The notes under the pieces are model-generated. The model made no database searches. It was not told the origin of the DNA and saw only the letters and a program-made list of their open reading frames with translations. DNA of 64,000 bases from Bythopirellula sp. (lineage in GTDB: Bacteria; Planctomycetota; Planctomycetia; Pirellulales; Lacipirellulaceae). Positions within the stretch are counted from its first letter, which is position 1. Each line of letters opens with the position of its first letter. The DNA is taken from NCBI GenBank assembly GCA_965216565.1, contig OZ244170.1, forward strand, positions 3,648,001-3,712,000. Reading direction: 5' to 3'. Shown here one piece after another: positions 59,796-64,000 of the stretch. A program made the position numbers and the translations under genes.

Positions 59796-61214
59796 ATGCA
59801 CTCACAGGTCGTGGTACTTGGAGGAGGACCCGGGGGGTACGCTGCTGCCTTTATGGCTGCGGATCTCGGCATGGAAGTCACGATCGTCGAAGCCGATGAC
59901 CGACTAGGCGGAACTTGCCTGTTGCGGGGATGCATCCCATCCAAGGCACTGCTGCACGTAGCGAAGGTGATCAGTGAAGCCCGCGAAATGACGGAGTGGG
60001 GTGTCGCCTTTGGCAAAATGAAGCTGAAGGTCGACACCATGCGCGACCGCAAGAATCAGGTTATCGAAACGCTCTCCGGCGGGCTGGCCCAACTGGCCAA
60101 ACGTCGCAAAGTACAAGTGATCCATGCCCGCGGCGTGTTTGTAGATTCACAAACCTTGGAGCTTGAGAATGTCGATGAATCCAAGCACGATAGCTCGCGA
60201 CTGACTTTCGACCATTGCATCTTGGCCACAGGCTCTGTGCCCGCAATGCCAAAGATGTTCGACATTGGCTCGCCTCGGGTGATGGACTCCACGGGTGCTC
60301 TGCAATTGGCCGACGTGCCGAAATCTCTATTGGTAATCGGCGGTGGCTACATCGGCCTCGAAATGGGCACCGTCTATGCCGAACTCGGTTCGGAGGTGTC
60401 GGTTGTCGAATTGACCGAGGGACTTTTGCCGGGCGCCGATCGGGATTTGGTCAAGCCTTTAGAAAAACGTTTGCAGGGCCTGTGCAAGGAAATTCGGCTG
60501 GGCACGAAGGTTGTCGGGTTAAAAGAAAAAGGCAAACAGATTGAAGTGCAGATGCAGGGCCCGGATTTCGAGGGCGCGCTGACCTACGACCGGGTGTTAG
60601 TTTCTGTGGGACGTCGCCCTGTATCGCACGGCATTGGGCTGGAGAACACGAAAGTCACCCTCACCGAGCAAGGCTTTGTAGAGGTCGACGCCCAGCAACG
60701 CACATCCGACCCTCATATTTTGGCAATTGGCGACATTGCCGGCGAACCGATGCTGGCTCACAAGGCCTCGCACGAGGGCAAAGTGGCTGCGGAGGTACTC
60801 GCCGGCGAACCTGCTGCCTTCGAGCCGCAGGCCATGCCAGCCGTGGTGTTCACCGACCCCGAAATTGCCTGGGCCGGGCTCACCGAAGGCGAAGCCAAAC
60901 AGAGCGGTCGCAAAGTAAAAGTCAGCCAATACCCCTGGCAAGCCAGCGGCCGGGCAATCGCCATCGGCCGAACCGACGGCATGACCAAGTGGCTCGTGGA
61001 TCCTGAAACCGACCGTGTGTTGGGCTGTGGGATTGTCGGTTCTGGCGCAGGAGATTTGATTTCCGAAGCGGTGGTCGCCATTGAAATGGGTTGTGTCGTC
61101 CGCGACGTGGCCGACTCGATTCATCCTCATCCCACGTTGAGTGAAACGGTCGCCTTTGCCGGCGAAGTTCACCTGGGAACCGCGACTGAGGTTTATCGTC
61201 CGAAGAGAAAGTAG
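59796..61214 (+). CDS. lpdA: Dihydrolipoamide dehydrogenase
   Basis: GGGPGGY, GGTCLLRGCIPSK, GGGYIGLE, HPHPTLSE. Confidence 0.97.
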   Translation: MHSQVVVLGGGPGGYAAAFMAADLGMEVTIVEADDRLGGTCLLRGCIPSKALLHVAKVISEAREMTEWGVAFGKMKLKVDTMRDRKNQVIETLSGGLAQLAKRRKVQVIHARGVFVDSQTLELENVDESKHDSSRLTFDHCILATGSVPAMPKMFDIGSPRVMDSTGALQLADVPKSLLVIGGGYIGLEMGTVYAELGSEVSVVELTEGLLPGADRDLVKPLEKRLQGLCKEIRLGTKVVGLKEKGKQIEVQMQGPDFEGALTYDRVLVSVGRRPVSHGIGLENTKVTLTEQGFVEVDAQQRTSDPHILAIGDIAGEPMLAHKASHEGKVAAEVLAGEPAAFEPQAMPAVVFTDPEIAWAGLTEGEAKQSGRKVKVSQYPWQASGRAIAIGRTDGMTKWLVDPETDRVLGCGIVGSGAGDLISEAVVAIEMGCVVRDVADSIHPHPTLSETVAFAGEVHLGTATEVYRPKRK

Positions 61215-61255
61215 TACTTATAAATGTTGAGGAAACGGGTTTAGGCCGAGAACAA

Positions 61256-61713
61256 TCCCCCTCCCTCGCAGGGAGGGGTTAGGGGAGGGTAGGATTAGGC
61301 TGGACTCATGGGCTCGCGATCAAAAAAACGAGTAAGCCAGCAAACCCGTGATCGGGCACTTAAACTAAGGAAACAAACAACTGAGCCAGAAAAGCTCTTG
61401 TGGTCGATACTTCGCGCTCGCCAGCTTGCTGGCCTGAAGTTTCGCCGACAACACCCCATCGAACCCTATATCGTTGATTTCTATTGTGCTCCTTGCCAAT
61501 TGGTTATCGAACTCGATGGAGAAAGTCACGAAGGTCGTCAACAATATGACGCAGAGAGAGAAAAATACCTGCATAACTTAGGATTGACAGTCTTCCGAGT
61601 TACTAACGATGACGTAATGAATAATTTGGAAGGTGTGGCCGAAGCGATTTACAGGGCCACATTGAATGAAAGACCCCTCCCCTAACCCCTCCCCTGCAGA
61701 CAGGGGAGAGGGA
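61256..61713. mobile_element. Putative DUF559 cassette bounded by inverted G/C-rich palindromic repeats
   Basis: TCCCCCTCCCTCGCAGGGAGGGGTTAGGGGAGGGT (61256-61290) and ACCCCTCCCCTAACCCCTCCCCTGCAGACAGGGGAGAGGGA (61673-61713); mobility is inferred. Confidence 0.62.
61308..61685 (+). CDS. DUF559 / Vsr-like endonuclease domain protein
   Basis: TEPEKLLWSILR, KFRRQHPI, YIVDFYC, IELDGESH, FRVTNDDV. Confidence 0.93.
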   Translation: MGSRSKKRVSQQTRDRALKLRKQTTEPEKLLWSILRARQLAGLKFRRQHPIEPYIVDFYCAPCQLVIELDGESHEGRQQYDAEREKYLHNLGLTVFRVTNDDVMNNLEGVAEAIYRATLNERPLP

Positions 61714-61742
61714 CAAATGGGCAGCGAAAACAAAGGCCCCCT

Positions 61743-64000
61743 ATGTCTGATACAAAAACCGATATCCCACCGTCACCAATTCCAGATGACGTCGACCCTG
61801 GCGAAACCGCGGAATGGTTGGAGTCGCTCGATTACGTGCTGGAAAGCAAAGGCCCCGAGCGCGTAGGGAAATTGCTGCACGTGCTCGACGAAGCGGCGCA
61901 CCGCAACGGAGTGGAACTGCCGTTCACGGCGACCACTCCTTACTACAATACCATTCCCCGCGACAAGCAACCGCCCTACCCCGGCAATCGAGAGCTGGAA
62001 CGCCGCATCAAAAGCTTCGTACGTTGGAACGCCATGGCGATGGTCACCCGCGCCAACCGCGACCCGGCCGCCCCGGGCGGACATATCTCCACTTTTGCCT
62101 CCTCGGCCACGTTGTATGAAGTGGCCCAGAACCACTTTTTCCGCGGTCGGGGCGAGGATGGTTTCGGCGGCGATCAGGTTTACTACCAAGGTCATGCCGC
62201 CCCTGGTATGTACGCGCGAGCCTTTTTGGAAGGCCGTCTCACCGAGCAAAACCTGGTGAACTTCCGTCGCGAACTCAGCGAAGGTGGCGGGCTTTCGTCC
62301 TATCCCCATCCCTGGTTGATGCCGGAGTTCTGGGAGTTCCCCACCGTTTCGATGGGACTCGCGCCCATCATGGCCATCTATCAGGCGCGGTTCAACGAGT
62401 ACCTGAATGACCGAGGCATTCTCGACACCACCAACAAGCGTGTCTGGGCTTTCCTGGGTGACGGCGAGTGTGACGAACCGGAAACGCTCGGTGCCATTAC
62501 CCTGGCCGCCCGCGAGCATCTCAACAATCTGACCTTCGTAATCAATTGCAATCTGCAACGCCTCGACGGCCCGGTGCGCGGCAATGGTAAGATTATTCAG
62601 GAACTGGAAGGAGCGTTCCGAGGTGCCGGTTGGAATGTGATCAAAGTCATTTGGGGCAACGATTGGGATCCCCTGTTGGAAGAAGACGACCTCGGAATAC
62701 TCGCCCGGAGGATGATGGAAGTCGTAGATGGCCAATACCAAAAATATGTGGTCTCGCCTGGCAGCTTCATCCGCGAGGATTTCTTCGGCAAGTATCCTGA
62801 ACTGTTGGAAATGGTGAAAAACTACTCCGACGAAAAAATCGCTAAGCTCCGTCGTGGAGGACACGATCCTGAGAAGGTTTACGCGGCATACAAAGCTGCC
62901 GTCGAGTGCAAGGATCGACCCTCGGTTATCATTGCCAAAACCATTAAAGGCTATGGCCTGGGCGAAGGCGGCGAAGGCCGCAATGTCACCCACAACCAGA
63001 AAAAGCTCAACGAAGATGAGTTGCGCGAATTCCGCACCCGCTTTGGCATCCCGATCTCCGATGAGAAGGTTTCTGAGGCACCGTTCTATCGTCCGCCGGA
63101 AAACAGTCCCGAGATGATTTACCTGCGCGAGCGACGCGAAGCTCTGGGTGGCTCAGTTCCCAGTCGAACGGCCAAGCCAATTACAATGAAAGTGCCCACT
63201 CTGGCCGACTACGAAAAAACGCTGCCCAAGCTCGTCAGCAAAGGCCCCGGCAAAGAAATGTCGACCACCATGGGCTTTGTCCGATTGTTAAGCGACCTGC
63301 TGCGAGACAAGCAAATCGGCAAGCACATTGTACCGATTGTTCCCGATGAATCTCGCACGTTTGGTATGGAAGGCTTGTTCCGGCAAGTTGGCATCTACGC
63401 CCACACGGGCCAGCATTACGATCCGGTCGACTCCGATCAAATCGCCTTCTACAAAGAGGCCCGTGATGGCCAACTCTTAGAAGAGGGCATCACCGAGGCG
63501 GGGTCGATGTCGTCGTTCAACGCTGCCGGCACGGCTTATGCTTCGCATGGCGTGAACATGATTCCCATGTTCATTTACTATTCGATGTTTGGCTTCCAGC
63601 GCATTGGCGACCTGGTTTGGGCGGCAGCCGACATGCGGGCCAAAGGCTTTATGCTCGGCGGCACCGCAGGACGCACCACCCTCAATGGCGAAGGACTCCA
63701 GCACCAGGACGGGCACAGCCTATTGAATGCGATCGCGTTCCCCACCGTACGCTCGTACGATCCGGCCTACGCCTACGAGACGGCCGTGATTATCTTCGAC
63801 GGACTGAAACGGATGTACGAAGACAACGAGACCGCCATCTACTACATCACGCTGGAGAACGAAAACTACCTGATGCCCGAGATGCCCGAGGGCTGTGAAG
63901 AAGGCATCATTCGCGGCATGTACCAGGTGGCATCGCAGGAGGCGAAGGGCCATCGGGTCCAGCTATTCGGTAGTGGTGCCATTCTGCGAGAAACGTTGCG
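61743..64000 (+). CDS. aceE: Pyruvate dehydrogenase E1 (homodimeric); runs off the window end
   Basis: Manual translation: DDVDPGETAEWLESL, GGHISTFAS, LSSYPHPWLMP, GDGECDEPE, NCNLQRLDGPVRGN, GRTTLNGEGLQHQDG. Confidence 0.96.
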   Translation, partial: MSDTKTDIPPSPIPDDVDPGETAEWLESLDYVLESKGPERVGKLLHVLDEAAHRNGVELPFTATTPYYNTIPRDKQPPYPGNRELERRIKSFVRWNAMAMVTRANRDPAAPGGHISTFASSATLYEVAQNHFFRGRGEDGFGGDQVYYQGHAAPGMYARAFLEGRLTEQNLVNFRRELSEGGGLSSYPHPWLMPEFWEFPTVSMGLAPIMAIYQARFNEYLNDRGILDTTNKRVWAFLGDGECDEPETLGAITLAAREHLNNLTFVINCNLQRLDGPVRGNGKIIQELEGAFRGAGWNVIKVIWGNDWDPLLEEDDLGILARRMMEVVDGQYQKYVVSPGSFIREDFFGKYPELLEMVKNYSDEKIAKLRRGGHDPEKVYAAYKAAVECKDRPSVIIAKTIKGYGLGEGGEGRNVTHNQKKLNEDELREFRTRFGIPISDEKVSEAPFYRPPENSPEMIYLRERREALGGSVPSRTAKPITMKVPTLADYEKTLPKLVSKGPGKEMSTTMGFVRLLSDLLRDKQIGKHIVPIVPDESRTFGMEGLFRQVGIYAHTGQHYDPVDSDQIAFYKEARDGQLLEEGITEAGSMSSFNAAGTAYASHGVNMIPMFIYYSMFGFQRIGDLVWAAADMRAKGFMLGGTAGRTTLNGEGLQHQDGHSLLNAIAFPTVRSYDPAYAYETAVIIFDGLKRMYEDNETAIYYITLENENYLMPEMPEGCEEGIIRGMYQVASQEAKGHRVQLFGSGAILRETL

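Noticed and set aside
61773..62993. 406-aa minus-strand ORF
   Set aside because: Antisense shadow of aceE, which is missing from the ORF track only because it runs off the window

Overview
Core chromosomal region of a planctomycete. Pirellulales/Lacipirellulaceae-like affiliation is inferred from DUF1559/prepilin-like, BBP7-type, PEP-CTERM and large CxxCH/HEAT/propeller proteins and from ECF sigma abundance. About 50 CDS are supported. They include a carbohydrate-free PTS cluster (hpf-ptsN-ptsH-ptsI), parA, aroB-dprA, a DEAD-box helicase, sppA-rlmN, folK-panC-lgt, a hemD-hemE fusion, bioF, a rhomboid protease and lpdA/aceE. There are also four ECF sigma/anti-sigma operons, one orphan anti-sigma-like protein and three FliL-like paralogues. 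No rRNA, tRNA, CRISPR array, IS transposase or prophage was found. The most notable signals are non-coding. (1) Two small nuclease-fold genes (GxxExxY, DUF559) are each tightly bracketed by their own inverted repeats, and gene-less copies of the DUF559 repeat sit between cistrons of three ECF operons. Several other REP-like doublet families are also present. (2) A candidate ~210-nt multi-hairpin sRNA with CCUCCC (anti-Shine-Dalgarno-like) motifs lies behind an ECF-type promoter almost identical to the one upstream of an ECF sigma gene. All family assignments come from motif recognition by eye; no searches were run.
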